Shown: positions 44,937-54,413, numbered from the stretch's first letter. The stretch is DNA of 64,000 nucleotides from an uncultured Clostridia bacterium (GCA_947623945.1 CANQHU010000001.1:102585-166584); one strand, 5' to 3'. Notes: generated by a model not told the origin, from the letters alone. A program made the numbers and translations.

Positions 44937-45111
44937 AGTTACGGTTAGGTGGCAGGATGGTTATATGGAAGTTTTTGATGCCACTGAGGTTCGATTTGGG
45001 TCTGATTTGCTTTGGTTACGATTAGAAGACGGAAATAACAGGCATATACCGCTTAGAGGCGTGCGTTGGTTTGGAATGTCTATCGAAAGTCATCAAATAA
45101 ACGGATTTTAG
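44914..45111 (+). CDS. hypothetical small protein
   Basis: 65-aa ORF with a weak or distant RBS. Confidence 0.4.
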   Translation: MEGKKINKVTVRWQDGYMEVFDATEVRFGSDLLWLRLEDGNNRHIPLRGVRWFGMSIESHQINGF

Positions 45112-45145
45112 AGTGTGGAAAGTTATAGAGAGGAGACAGATAGAA

Positions 45146-45367
45146 ATGATTACACTGGCTGAAATAAATTCTACTTTTATAGATGACTGTTACAGAAGAT
45201 TTCACGAGGTATATCCGGAGTTTCACCCTAAATTTTTAGGCGGAAGTAAAGACAAATCCTTTGTTGTGGCAGAATGTACCTTCCCGGACGGAATCTATTA
45301 TTTTCGTCTTACTGACCATTCAGTTTCTCATGCTTACAACACCAAGGAACAGGCATTTGATGTGTAG
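45146..45367 (+). CDS. hypothetical small protein
   Basis: ATG follows AGAGGAGA. 73 aa. Confidence 0.5.
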   Translation: MITLAEINSTFIDDCYRRFHEVYPEFHPKFLGGSKDKSFVVAECTFPDGIYYFRLTDHSVSHAYNTKEQAFDV

Positions 45368-45384
45368 GAAAGGGGAGAATATCA

Positions 45385-46059
45385 ATGGAACGAGTGGTTG
45401 AAGTAAATGGAAAACAGTTGGAAAGCTATACTTCTGGGTTTGGTGTCGGAAGTGTGTTACACATTTCGGTGGACAAAGAGACTGGAGAAAAGACCTTGCG
45501 CGTCAATGGCATATTGGAAGAATCCATTGACAGGTATGCCTACCTTCGGGTGCGTGGTCATGTTGGATACATTGATGGTGTGAAAACCACTATGGTCTTT
45601 GGCACAATTGGACAGATTCAGTGTACGAACCTTTACTTGGACGGTTTGGCTGGAAGTCATTTTACTGTTAAACGGACGATTCCGGCAGAGTTTGACATCG
45701 TATATGGAAAGCCCTATGATTTTGCATATGCCTATCGAAACGGATTGCCACCGACTAGTCCTATCATTCATCGGTCGCCGAAAGCCTTAGAAATAGAGGG
45801 CGATTGGAGCGCCATTCTTTGTGACGGGGACATGGATATTTGTTATTTGGTCGTCGAAGGCAATGTCGACACGATTAAAGGTCAAAAGAATGAAGTGTAC
45901 TGTCAAGGTGATGTGCTTCGAGGCAAAGCACAAAAAGTCTTTTGGGAACCAAGGACGGAAATGCAGTTAGAACGAAAACGCACGAAACAGATTGATTATG
46001 CCAAGTTATATCGAAATTTCGTAGCGACTGGAAAAAAGGAGGATAGTTTTATTTTATGA
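45385..46059 (+). CDS. hypothetical protein
   Basis: 224 aa, with an RBS of AAAGGGGAG. Confidence 0.6.
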   Translation: MERVVEVNGKQLESYTSGFGVGSVLHISVDKETGEKTLRVNGILEESIDRYAYLRVRGHVGYIDGVKTTMVFGTIGQIQCTNLYLDGLAGSHFTVKRTIPAEFDIVYGKPYDFAYAYRNGLPPTSPIIHRSPKALEIEGDWSAILCDGDMDICYLVVEGNVDTIKGQKNEVYCQGDVLRGKAQKVFWEPRTEMQLERKRTKQIDYAKLYRNFVATGKKEDSFIL

Positions 46060-46634
46060 AAAAGATTTTGATTTTGGTTGATATGCAAAAGGGATTTTTA
46101 CCGACCGGGGAACCAAGGGTAAAAGATTTGATTGCCCGCACGAAACAGCTTATCGGTTTGGATGCCGGCATTTTTGATTGCGTCATTGCCACGCAGTATG
46201 TCGGCCCCAACAAGATGATACAGCGGGCATTTTCTTGGGATTTGTATCCGGGCGAAGAGGGCGCCGAGTTTTGTGACGAGTTGGAGATTCCAAAGCTGGC
46301 GGATTACCAAGTGCGAAAATGCAATTATTCTTGCGTGTCGCCGAGCTTTTTACAGCATTTATTTACCATAAATAATGGAAAAATGCCGGAGGCTGTCTTT
46401 GTGTGCGGCGTCGATACGGAAACTTGTGTCTTAAAAACCGCAGCCGATTTGTTTGAGTGTGGCATCCAGCCGATTGTGTTGATTGATTACTGCTGGTCCA
46501 CCGGTGGTATTGAGGCTCACTTATCCGGACAAACCTGCTTAAGTCAGCTTATCGGAGACCCCTTTATTTGGGAGGGGCCTCTTCATCAAAAGGGGCTCAA
46601 AAAGAAAGTGAAAGCCCTGCTCACCGAATCATAG
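46056..46634 (+). CDS. isochorismatase-family cysteine hydrolase (nicotinamidase/PncA-like)
   Basis: ILILVDMQKGF N-terminal box and VFVCGVDTETCVLKTAADL catalytic-Cys box. ATGA overlap with the upstream gene. Confidence 0.7.
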   Translation: MKKILILVDMQKGFLPTGEPRVKDLIARTKQLIGLDAGIFDCVIATQYVGPNKMIQRAFSWDLYPGEEGAEFCDELEIPKLADYQVRKCNYSCVSPSFLQHLFTINNGKMPEAVFVCGVDTETCVLKTAADLFECGIQPIVLIDYCWSTGGIEAHLSGQTCLSQLIGDPFIWEGPLHQKGLKKKVKALLTES

Positions 46635-46650
46635 GAAAGAATAGGAAAGA

Positions 46651-46682
46651 GTTCGATTACTTTTTGTAATCGAACGATTTTC
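46651..46682 (+). terminator. hairpin / weak intrinsic terminator
   Basis: GTTCGATTAC-TTTTT-GTAATCGAAC followed by GATTTTCC. Preceded by the tandem 10-mer ATAGGAAAGA x2. Confidence 0.5.
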
Positions 46683-46683
46683 C

Positions 46684-46712
46684 TTGCATTTTTTACCAGA
46701 CTTCGATATAAT
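46684..46712 (+). promoter_or_regulatory. sigma-70-type promoter
   Basis: TTGCAT, 17-nt spacer, consensus TATAAT. Lies 26 nt upstream of the XRE-family gene. Confidence 0.65.
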
Positions 46713-46737
46713 GGGTATGTGAGGAGTAAAAAAACAG

Positions 46738-46923
46738 ATGAGAACCATTAAACGATTACGAAAAGAATCCGGATTGTCCCGAAAGGCGTTTGCGGCAAAA
46801 ATCTATGCCACGCCGGAGGAATTAAAGGATTGGGAGCGGGGCCGTCGAAACACCCCGGAATGGTGCCTTTACATGGCAACGGAATATGTCAAAGGCGTCA
46901 AAGCGAAAAAGAAAACAAAGTGA
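46738..46923 (+). CDS. XRE/Cro-family helix-turn-helix protein
   Basis: IKRLRKESGLSRKAFAAKIYATPEELKDWERGRR is a typical HTH_3 pattern. 61 aa. Confidence 0.7.
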   Translation: MRTIKRLRKESGLSRKAFAAKIYATPEELKDWERGRRNTPEWCLYMATEYVKGVKAKKKTK

Positions 46924-46936
46924 GGAGTACATATAC

Positions 46937-48166
46937 ATGATAGAACAGACAACTTTACACGGACGGTTATATGTCTCCAAGATAGGAGAAACTTCGATTT
47001 CGTCCCGACCGATTGCACCAAAATTCGTGCAGTTTGGGCCGGTGCGGCACATTCATCTCTTTGTGTTGTCGGATACAGAGGCTTGGATAGAAGACATTCG
47101 GACGCATCACTGGTATCATTATCAGGGACGCCCACTTTGCTTACAGCCAGAAACGGAACCGCCAACACTTTCGATGCCGTCGATAACCTATTATTATGGA
47201 CAGGCCATATACGAGCAGACCAAGCATTTATATTTTGTCCGGAACCTTCCGATTGTGACGGGAACCGAAATACCGGATACGCAGACCTTAGAGCTGCCGA
47301 TTACGCTGCAAAAGTTTGATTATAATCAGACATTTACTTATCCGGAAGAGCTGCGGTTTATTTTGTCCGGATTTCCCGCCAGTTATGTCGACCGTTACAA
47401 ACGGCCGATTCGTCGACTGGAGGGGCGTACTTATCCAACGGCAATAGAGAAAGTGACAACGACAATGAAAGACCTGCCGCCCACCACTTATCCGATTGTG
47501 GTGAATTTACGAAATACGCCGTATGCCGTAGCAGATTTGGAACCGCACCATACGGAACAAGACCTTCAGTTTTATGAGGGATTACCGGGATATTATGAGG
47601 AGGAGACGCCAAGGGGCGGACGGCATAAGCTGTTGTCTTTGACCCATCCGACTTATAAGTTTCGATATTCTGAGGGCTTGGAAATCATCAATGAGTCGAT
47701 GGTGACCTTTTATGGCATCAATCCAAAGTGGATTTCCAATGCCCCCGAACCAATAGATTTACGAGGCTTGACACCGATAGGCGGAACCGAAAGCCATTCG
47801 TACACGAAGCAAGCCACCCTGCATCAGCCGAATGTGACCGATGCAGTCGAGCAGTTAGAACAAAAAGCAAAAGAAACTTTTTCCGGCGGAAAAGATTTGG
47901 CCGCCCGTTTGCTGCAAAGCGACCCCGACCGTTCTCACGGTGAGTTTGTAGCATTGCAAACGGTTTATCAAAAGGACATTGCTCCCTATGCGTCGCAATT
48001 TCCCGACAGCGACCTTCCGTGGATAGTAACCGCTTACGCAGACATTCCCTATCGGGAAAAACACGATACGCTAAGAGCCGGATTACCTTATCTGGTGTAT
48101 CTGGCAAATATTATTATCAATCGAAAACGCAAAAAGGAGGTAGGCGAGCAATGGCAGAGCCCTTGA
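46937..48166 (+). CDS. hypothetical protein, possible archaeo-eukaryotic primase (AEP)-like
   Basis: The order AVADLEP ... ETPRGGRHKLL ... GLEIINES resembles AEP motifs I-III (D.D/E, sG.G.H, acidic). The match is weak. ATG at 46937 follows GAGGAG. Confidence 0.35.
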   Translation: MIEQTTLHGRLYVSKIGETSISSRPIAPKFVQFGPVRHIHLFVLSDTEAWIEDIRTHHWYHYQGRPLCLQPETEPPTLSMPSITYYYGQAIYEQTKHLYFVRNLPIVTGTEIPDTQTLELPITLQKFDYNQTFTYPEELRFILSGFPASYVDRYKRPIRRLEGRTYPTAIEKVTTTMKDLPPTTYPIVVNLRNTPYAVADLEPHHTEQDLQFYEGLPGYYEEETPRGGRHKLLSLTHPTYKFRYSEGLEIINESMVTFYGINPKWISNAPEPIDLRGLTPIGGTESHSYTKQATLHQPNVTDAVEQLEQKAKETFSGGKDLAARLLQSDPDRSHGEFVALQTVYQKDIAPYASQFPDSDLPWIVTAYADIPYREKHDTLRAGLPYLVYLANIIINRKRKKEVGEQWQSP

Positions 48167-48579
48167 AAATGTGTCTGATACAGACACGGGAACTGGACAT
48201 ACGAGATGTCATGTTTGCCGTGCGAAGTCGACAATCGTCTTACACGGCATTAGATTTATTCCGAAAGGCAAATCTGGTATACTTTTTAAAACCGGAGTGG
48301 GAATGGCCCTTGGTACAGTTCTTGGTGCGTTCGCACCCAACCAATAGTAAAGATTTTGAACACTTTTTAGTATCCCCGCCCCCTATGGTCACGCCCAGTG
48401 ATATTGTACGAGAATTAAAGGAACGCAGTCGAATGATACCAACCTTGTTCGTTGTCCGATTTTTGGCTGGAGAACCCTTTGAAATCGAACAGGTACGGGA
48501 TTATTATCATTTGATATCCTTGGTGTTTGACGCCAAGGAAGATAACTTGGTAGACGGCGACGCCGGATGCCGGTTTTAA
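48151..48579 (+). CDS. hypothetical protein
   Basis: ATG at 48151 lies 10 nt after AAGGAGG. 142 aa. Confidence 0.55.
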   Translation: MAEPLKMCLIQTRELDIRDVMFAVRSRQSSYTALDLFRKANLVYFLKPEWEWPLVQFLVRSHPTNSKDFEHFLVSPPPMVTPSDIVRELKERSRMIPTLFVVRFLAGEPFEIEQVRDYYHLISLVFDAKEDNLVDGDAGCRF

Positions 48580-48595
48580 GGGGGTGTACAAATAA

Positions 48596-49108
48596 ATGGT
48601 GACCCCACATATTAAGAAAATGAGAAAGCTCCTCAGTGAAAGCGTACATACGCAACTGCAAAAGTATCTCACCGCCTTGGAACAAATAGATGAGAACGAC
48701 CCGGTTGCGTTAAAAGAGGAGGAAAAGGTACAGGAACGAATTCGTCGGGTGCTGGAACGCATCTTTACCTTCGAGCAGATATATGAATTTCACATGGAAC
48801 ATCTGCTGGAACTGGCCGATGTGATTCTGGGACTGTATCCGGAACGGGACCAATTGGAGGAATATACCTATTGTATTTTTCCTTACCTACAAAGTCGATT
48901 GAAAAGCTATGAGATGAAACGAAACGCCTATCTGGACAAGTTAAGCCGTGCCAAACGCACCATGGACACCGAAAGTGTGGAATATTTGGATTTAGCTTAT
49001 CGGACTTGGGTATATACTGACGGCTACGAATGTCAGCAGGCAAAGATGTATCGGCTGTTACAGCAGACTTTACAGGATTTGGTCGCTTATAAAAGGAGTA
49101 ATAAATGA
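48596..49108 (+). CDS. hypothetical protein
   Basis: 170 aa, helical. Confidence 0.55.
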   Translation: MVTPHIKKMRKLLSESVHTQLQKYLTALEQIDENDPVALKEEEKVQERIRRVLERIFTFEQIYEFHMEHLLELADVILGLYPERDQLEEYTYCIFPYLQSRLKSYEMKRNAYLDKLSRAKRTMDTESVEYLDLAYRTWVYTDGYECQQAKMYRLLQQTLQDLVAYKRSNK

Positions 49109-49575
49109 AAAAGGAGAAAGTATTTGGCGTTATCTGTATTCTTCTTGCCTTGGGACTTGCCCTATTTGGGCGTCCGTCCCAACGCATTTATGTCAACGCT
49201 TTGACCGAGGGTGTCGACGCCTTACGAAAACAGCAAGCATCCATGGACGAAGTGTTATCCGATGAAATTCAGATACGGCCAGACAAAACAGACAAGATTC
49301 AAGAGGGGAAGACCTATGAAGTGACAGTTTCTTATCAAATTGTCAGCCAAAAGGGAACCGATTTATTTACAACACGAAAAAAGACTGGTGCACCTGCCTA
49401 TATTGGGTGTTCTCCCTTGGTGACACATCAGACCTTTCAAGCAGAATCCTCACACATTGTAGTGGATTTGGCGCTGGCTTTGACGCCGGAGGAAATTGTG
49501 GATGAAGACGGCAAGCCGTTTTCACCGCAGACGCAAAAATTGCGTCCCATTGTTACGGTAGAACCCATTTCGTAA
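49105..49575 (+). CDS. membrane-anchored/secreted small protein
   Basis: ATGA overlap with the upstream gene. N-terminus KKEKVFGVICILLALGLALFG is a hydrophobic anchor. Confidence 0.55.
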   Translation: MKKEKVFGVICILLALGLALFGRPSQRIYVNALTEGVDALRKQQASMDEVLSDEIQIRPDKTDKIQEGKTYEVTVSYQIVSQKGTDLFTTRKKTGAPAYIGCSPLVTHQTFQAESSHIVVDLALALTPEEIVDEDGKPFSPQTQKLRPIVTVEPIS

Positions 49576-49668
49576 TTGTTCTTCGCCAAAGGATACCCTT
49601 TGGCGAATTCTTTGGGGAGACCCCAAACCCCTTTTCAATTACGAAATTTTTTCTTTCTTACGAAAGAA
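49571..49668 (+). promoter_or_regulatory. structured intergenic element, copy C
   Basis: Outer stem CGTAATTG (49571-78) / CAATTACG (49636-43). Hairpin 1 is TTCGCCAAAGG-ATAC-CCTTTGGCGAA. Hairpin 2 is TTTGGGG-AGA-CCCCAAA followed by CCCCTTTT. An extra hairpin TTCTTTC-TTAC-GAAAGAA follows. Confidence 0.7.
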
Positions 49669-49687
49669 TTTGAAAGGAGAGACTATC

Positions 49688-49963
49688 ATGTATGTAAACC
49701 CGATACCATATATTGACCAAGCAAAGAAATTTGAATTTCGATTTGCCATTTCCTTCGACGAGCTGTTGGATGTGGAAGAGGCGAAAGACATTGCAGCAGA
49801 ATATTTGTTGGGACTGTCAAAAGAACAGTTAAAGAAAGGCTTAGCCTGCAAAACTTTTCCGGTGTATCCGGAGAGCAAGTTCAGTGACGATGATTTGGAG
49901 ATTTGGGGTAATAAAAAAGAATATGACAAAAAGAAACAGGATGAAGAGGATGAGGAGGACTAG
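49688..49963 (+). CDS. hypothetical small acidic protein
   Basis: ATG at 49688 follows AAGGAGAG. 91 aa, with tail ..KKKQDEEDEED. Confidence 0.55.
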   Translation: MYVNPIPYIDQAKKFEFRFAISFDELLDVEEAKDIAAEYLLGLSKEQLKKGLACKTFPVYPESKFSDDDLEIWGNKKEYDKKKQDEEDEED

Positions 49964-49977
49964 GAAATGGAGGACAT

Positions 49978-51939
49978 ATGGAAGAGAAGAAAGAATTGAT
50001 GCGTCAACTGGCGGCAAAAATTCGAGAAGCTAATGACGCCTATTATAATCAAGACAAAGAGCTGCTATCCAACCATGAATGGGATGCGCTCTACGACCAG
50101 TTGCAGCAATTAGAGGCGGAAACGGGAATCGTATTACCGGATTCTCCAACACAGACCGTCGGTTCTCCGATATCGGACTCGCTGCTTACCAAGGTCCATC
50201 ACAAAGAACCGGTGTTATCACTGGATAAAACGAAACAGGTATCCGTGTTGGAAACCTTTTTGGGTGACCAAGAGGGCGTCTTATCATGGAAATTAGACGG
50301 ATTAACCGTCGTGCTTACCTATGAAAACGGACGGCTTGCCAAAGCCGTGACCAGAGGCAATGGACTGATTGGAGAGGATATTACTGACCATGCCCGCTAT
50401 ATCAAAGACATTCCGATGCGGATTCCGCTTTCGGACGAAGTCACCATCCGGGGAGAGGCGTTAATTTTCTATGAAGATTTTGAACAAATCAACGCATCGT
50501 TACCGGCTGGAGAAGAACCGTATAAGAATCCGAGGAATTTGTGCGCCGGTTCCTTGCGGCAGAAAAATTCGGAAGAGGTAGCCAAACGGCAGGTTCGGTT
50601 CCGCGCCTTTTCCATGGTGAGTATGCCCAACCGGTATTGGACGATTGAAACCGAATTTCTGGCGATGTCCAACTGGGGCTTTTCCGTGGTTCCGCACACA
50701 CTGGTGACAAAGAATACCTTGGCAGATACGATTAAAGAATATGAGCGTAACATTGCTGCCATGCCGTTCCCATCGGATGGATTGGTATTAAAATTAAATG
50801 ATGTAGCCTACGGATTGTCATTGGGAACGACGGCAAAGTATCCGAAGAATGCATTGGCGTTTAAATGGGCGGACGATTGCAAAAAGACCACGCTGGAATG
50901 GATAGAATGGTCTACCGGCCGTACCGGTTATGTGACGCCGGTTGCTGTCTTTTCGCCGGTCGAACTGGAGGGAACGACCGTGACCAGAGCCAGTGTGCAT
51001 AATGTAGAAATTTTAAAACAGTTGCATTTAGTACCGGGAGATACCATATCGGTTTACAAAGCGAATATGATTATTCCTCAGATTGCAAAAAATCATTCAC
51101 CGAAAAGTGAAAAGCCGGTGATTCCCACACACTGTCCGGTTTGTCATATGCGGTTAATGGAAAAGCAGAATAATCTCTGGTGTAAAAATACGGATTGTCC
51201 GGCACGGAAAGCCGGTGCGTTTGCGCACGCCGTTAAACGGGACGCCTTTGACATCGAAGGATTAGGTGACCAGACCATTTCTGATTTTATTCAGGCCGGT
51301 TTATTGAAAGAGCTTGGCGATTTGTTCCGTCTGGGACAGCACAAAGAAGAAATTTTGGCTCTGGACGGATATGGAGAAATCACTTATCAGAATTTAGTCA
51401 AAAGCATTGAAAAGGCGCGGCATATGACACTGGACCGCTTGTTATATGCCCTTGGGATTGAGACCATTGGACGAACAGCCAGCAAAGCCATTTGTGCTCA
51501 TTTCCAGTATGATGTTACCCGCACGGTGTATACGGTGACTGAACAAGAGCTGCTTCGGATTCCGGATGTCGGACCAATTATGGCAAAAGCCTATTGCAAC
51601 TGGTTTGCCAATTATGGCAATCAGGAAATCTGGGAGGATTTACAAAGCGAGGTACAGTTGGAAATGCCAAGCCGTCCGACCGTTTCTCAGAGCTTACGGG
51701 GAATTACCATCGTTGTCACCGGCGGATTAAATCATTTTGCTACCAGAGATGCGTTTAAGCTCTATATCGAAAGTCTGGGTGGGAAATTGACCGGTTCGGT
51801 ATCCAAGAAAACGAACTTTTTGATAACCAATGATGCTCTTTCCACAACAACAAAGAGTCAGAAAGCACGGGAACTCAACATTCCGGTACTTACGGAAGAC
51901 CAGTTCTTAGCACAATTTCAGTTGAAAGGGGAAATGTGA
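49978..51939 (+). CDS. ligA: NAD-dependent DNA ligase
   Basis: Adenylation motif SWKLDGLTV (K.DG). Cys4 zinc finger CPVC..CKNTDCPARK. HhH region and a C-terminal BRCT (ITIVVTGGL...GGKLTGSVSKKTNFLITND). Confidence 0.9.
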   Translation: MEEKKELMRQLAAKIREANDAYYNQDKELLSNHEWDALYDQLQQLEAETGIVLPDSPTQTVGSPISDSLLTKVHHKEPVLSLDKTKQVSVLETFLGDQEGVLSWKLDGLTVVLTYENGRLAKAVTRGNGLIGEDITDHARYIKDIPMRIPLSDEVTIRGEALIFYEDFEQINASLPAGEEPYKNPRNLCAGSLRQKNSEEVAKRQVRFRAFSMVSMPNRYWTIETEFLAMSNWGFSVVPHTLVTKNTLADTIKEYERNIAAMPFPSDGLVLKLNDVAYGLSLGTTAKYPKNALAFKWADDCKKTTLEWIEWSTGRTGYVTPVAVFSPVELEGTTVTRASVHNVEILKQLHLVPGDTISVYKANMIIPQIAKNHSPKSEKPVIPTHCPVCHMRLMEKQNNLWCKNTDCPARKAGAFAHAVKRDAFDIEGLGDQTISDFIQAGLLKELGDLFRLGQHKEEILALDGYGEITYQNLVKSIEKARHMTLDRLLYALGIETIGRTASKAICAHFQYDVTRTVYTVTEQELLRIPDVGPIMAKAYCNWFANYGNQEIWEDLQSEVQLEMPSRPTVSQSLRGITIVVTGGLNHFATRDAFKLYIESLGGKLTGSVSKKTNFLITNDALSTTTKSQKARELNIPVLTEDQFLAQFQLKGEM

Positions 51940-51940
51940 A

Positions 51941-52135
51941 ATGAATGATAACTTTTCGTGCCGTCATAATGCGGGCGGATATTGTAACTATTGGAAGCGG
52001 TCTTGTGTGACTGTAGCCCATTGTTGGAAAAACGACCTGCCATGCCCACTTTGCAAGGCAGCGTCCCCGCTACATCGAACCGAATGTGAAAATTGCATTC
52101 ATATGGAAAGAAAAAGGGAGGCATATGTAGAATGA
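51941..52135 (+). CDS. small Cys-rich (zinc-ribbon-like) protein
   Basis: 64 aa with 9 Cys, including the CPLC and CENC pairs. Starts 2 nt after the ligA stop. Confidence 0.4.
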   Translation: MNDNFSCRHNAGGYCNYWKRSCVTVAHCWKNDLPCPLCKAASPLHRTECENCIHMERKREAYVE

Positions 52136-52154
52136 TAAGAAAGGAGTGGCGCCC

Positions 52155-53279
52155 ATGGAGGTAGGAAAACGAACGAAAAAAGAATTTGAGGCATGGTTAG
52201 ATTATTTTCATCGCAATCAATATGGTGGAGACAGAGATATTATCTATTTGGAGGGCGACAAGATTCAGACCTTTGTCGTTGATGTCATTTCCAAGTTGTC
52301 ACCCACCGCTAAGAAACATATCTTACAGTTGGAAAAGTGCAAGCAAAAAGAAATACAGGATGTATTAACATCGTTATTGGAGCAGATAAAGGCTGTTTAT
52401 TTTCATAAACTGCCAACTTCGATTGCTTATGCATTTTGTCATTACTGCTGCCGAAAATGGTATCATGCAGGGTTGCTTGGCAACTATCCGGTTTCTTTGA
52501 CAGTATATGAAACCTATTTATTACAACAGTATAATCAATATCTTACCCGGATAAATGATATATTAGAACAAGATGCATCCGATGAAGAATCGTCTGACCC
52601 GGAATTTGAGGATTTGGTGAAAGAGACCACAGAACGGTTATTGTCTGCTGGTCTTTGGTCTTGTACAATTCAGACTGTTTCTTGTGTTGCAGACATTTCC
52701 TTTGATTGGTTGTATTGTATTGTGCAGGATTATGTTCTTCGTTCAGAAGTTTATCAGACCTTGTTAAACAAACACAATGAGGTTTTATACCAAGTGAAAG
52801 AAACTTTATTCTATCCACTTTGCGTATATCCGTTTTCTTTCTACAATCAAACCATAGCTCCGATAGAAGAAAAACTCAGGGCATTTTTAACTTCCGTCAA
52901 AGAGGGAGACCGTTCCAATGAATATTTGGAATATGATAAAGAATGTAATGATATGGAGAGTGAATTAAGGCTGTTACAGGCAGATGTACAATATTTATTG
53001 GCCACCCCGACGAAAGCAGAGACACAATCTTATAATATGGTCGAATGTCCAAATGTGACGCCGGAGGTGGTGGCTATTTTTGCAGACAGCGCAAATACTG
53101 ACCCGATTGTAGCACGGTGGAAAGCCTTGCATGAGCTGGAGACACAAACGCAGAGCCATATGCTTCGGAAAGAACGAAAGAAAGTCTTAAAAACCTGCAA
53201 TGTCATATTTAATCAATCTATGAAAGATTTGGATTATTGTATTGACACATTCCGAAAAGGAGGAAAAGAAGATGAGTGA
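52155..53279 (+). CDS. hypothetical protein (paralog pair member 1)
   Basis: ATG at 52155 lies 8 nt after AAGGAG. Shares blocks with the 53272 product (AYAFCHYCCRKWYHAGLLGNYP vs AYAFARFCLVLWGYQGLLSNHL). Confidence 0.6.
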   Translation: MEVGKRTKKEFEAWLDYFHRNQYGGDRDIIYLEGDKIQTFVVDVISKLSPTAKKHILQLEKCKQKEIQDVLTSLLEQIKAVYFHKLPTSIAYAFCHYCCRKWYHAGLLGNYPVSLTVYETYLLQQYNQYLTRINDILEQDASDEESSDPEFEDLVKETTERLLSAGLWSCTIQTVSCVADISFDWLYCIVQDYVLRSEVYQTLLNKHNEVLYQVKETLFYPLCVYPFSFYNQTIAPIEEKLRAFLTSVKEGDRSNEYLEYDKECNDMESELRLLQADVQYLLATPTKAETQSYNMVECPNVTPEVVAIFADSANTDPIVARWKALHELETQTQSHMLRKERKKVLKTCNVIFNQSMKDLDYCIDTFRKGGKEDE

Positions 53280-54357
53280 GAAAGTCATTTCCATCACAAA
53301 AGAGGAACGATATCGAGCTTTTCGGAAGCAGTTACAATTAACGGATTACGGGCCAAATACCGAAATTCCGATGTTAGAGCTGGAACAAATCAGCAGCTTG
53401 ACGGATATTATGCTAAACACCTTCGACTTCATGGAAGAACTCTGGGGGCCAAAAAGAAGAGAATTGCACACGGTTTTATCCTTTGCGATTGAACAGGCGG
53501 CCAGAGTCTATCAGGGAGAATTGCCAAAGCCGGAGGCCTATGCGTTTGCCCGGTTTTGTCTGGTACTTTGGGGCTATCAGGGCTTACTGTCCAATCATTT
53601 GTTTCAACCCAGTATTTATATGGAGGTTATCGTCGAGCGATACAATGCGTTTTTGGAACAGGTCTTTCATGTATCCGGTCCTGCATGGCTGCCGGATGAA
53701 CAGACGCCTGTCATTACCACGATATTAGACGCCTATCCGGATGTGATTCATATGATGTTATCCCAAGTTCCGGCGAATTCCGTTTCTTTGGCAAGGCGCT
53801 CCGGTGGATTTCGCTACATTGCGTTCCCGTTTTCGGATTATTATTACGAAACCCGGGAGGCTGCAAAGCTGAAGCAGTGTAGAGAGTCCATCTATCAGGG
53901 CGCCGCACAGGCCGTGAAAGGCTATTTTCCCATGCAGCCCCAAAACATCTTAAATTTGGTGCATATCATAGAAAATACCTTATCCCCATGGATAGCCCGC
54001 GCCTTAGATGAAAAACAGATTTTAGATGTCTATGCCACTTATCGGCGGGAATGTAAGACCTTTTTAGCGTTACTTACCCAGATAAAACTGGACATCAACT
54101 ATCTGTTGATACCGCTGGAGGATTGCAAAGAGGAGCAACTTCCGTTATCCGACCGGTTGGCCGCTTATATGGAAGAAGTCCTGCATCCGCAGACAATGCC
54201 AGAGCGGGAAGAAATGCTGCGGCGGTTAGAATCCTATCAGACCGATACGGATAGAACCGAATCCATTACAAAAGAACGAGCCCGGGTATGGGAAATTTCT
54301 TTGTCTGTATTGGACAATTTGATACACGATTTGATGACGGTCAATCATTCACTGTAA
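53272..54357 (+). CDS. hypothetical protein (paralog pair member 2)
   Basis: ATG at 53272 follows AAAGGAGGA and overlaps the upstream stop. Confidence 0.6.
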   Translation: MSEKVISITKEERYRAFRKQLQLTDYGPNTEIPMLELEQISSLTDIMLNTFDFMEELWGPKRRELHTVLSFAIEQAARVYQGELPKPEAYAFARFCLVLWGYQGLLSNHLFQPSIYMEVIVERYNAFLEQVFHVSGPAWLPDEQTPVITTILDAYPDVIHMMLSQVPANSVSLARRSGGFRYIAFPFSDYYYETREAAKLKQCRESIYQGAAQAVKGYFPMQPQNILNLVHIIENTLSPWIARALDEKQILDVYATYRRECKTFLALLTQIKLDINYLLIPLEDCKEEQLPLSDRLAAYMEEVLHPQTMPEREEMLRRLESYQTDTDRTESITKERARVWEISLSVLDNLIHDLMTVNHSL

Positions 54358-54413
54358 AAGAAAAAACCGGGGGCTGGCGTGACCCAGCCCCCATGGAAAG
54401 GAGAACAGAAAAG

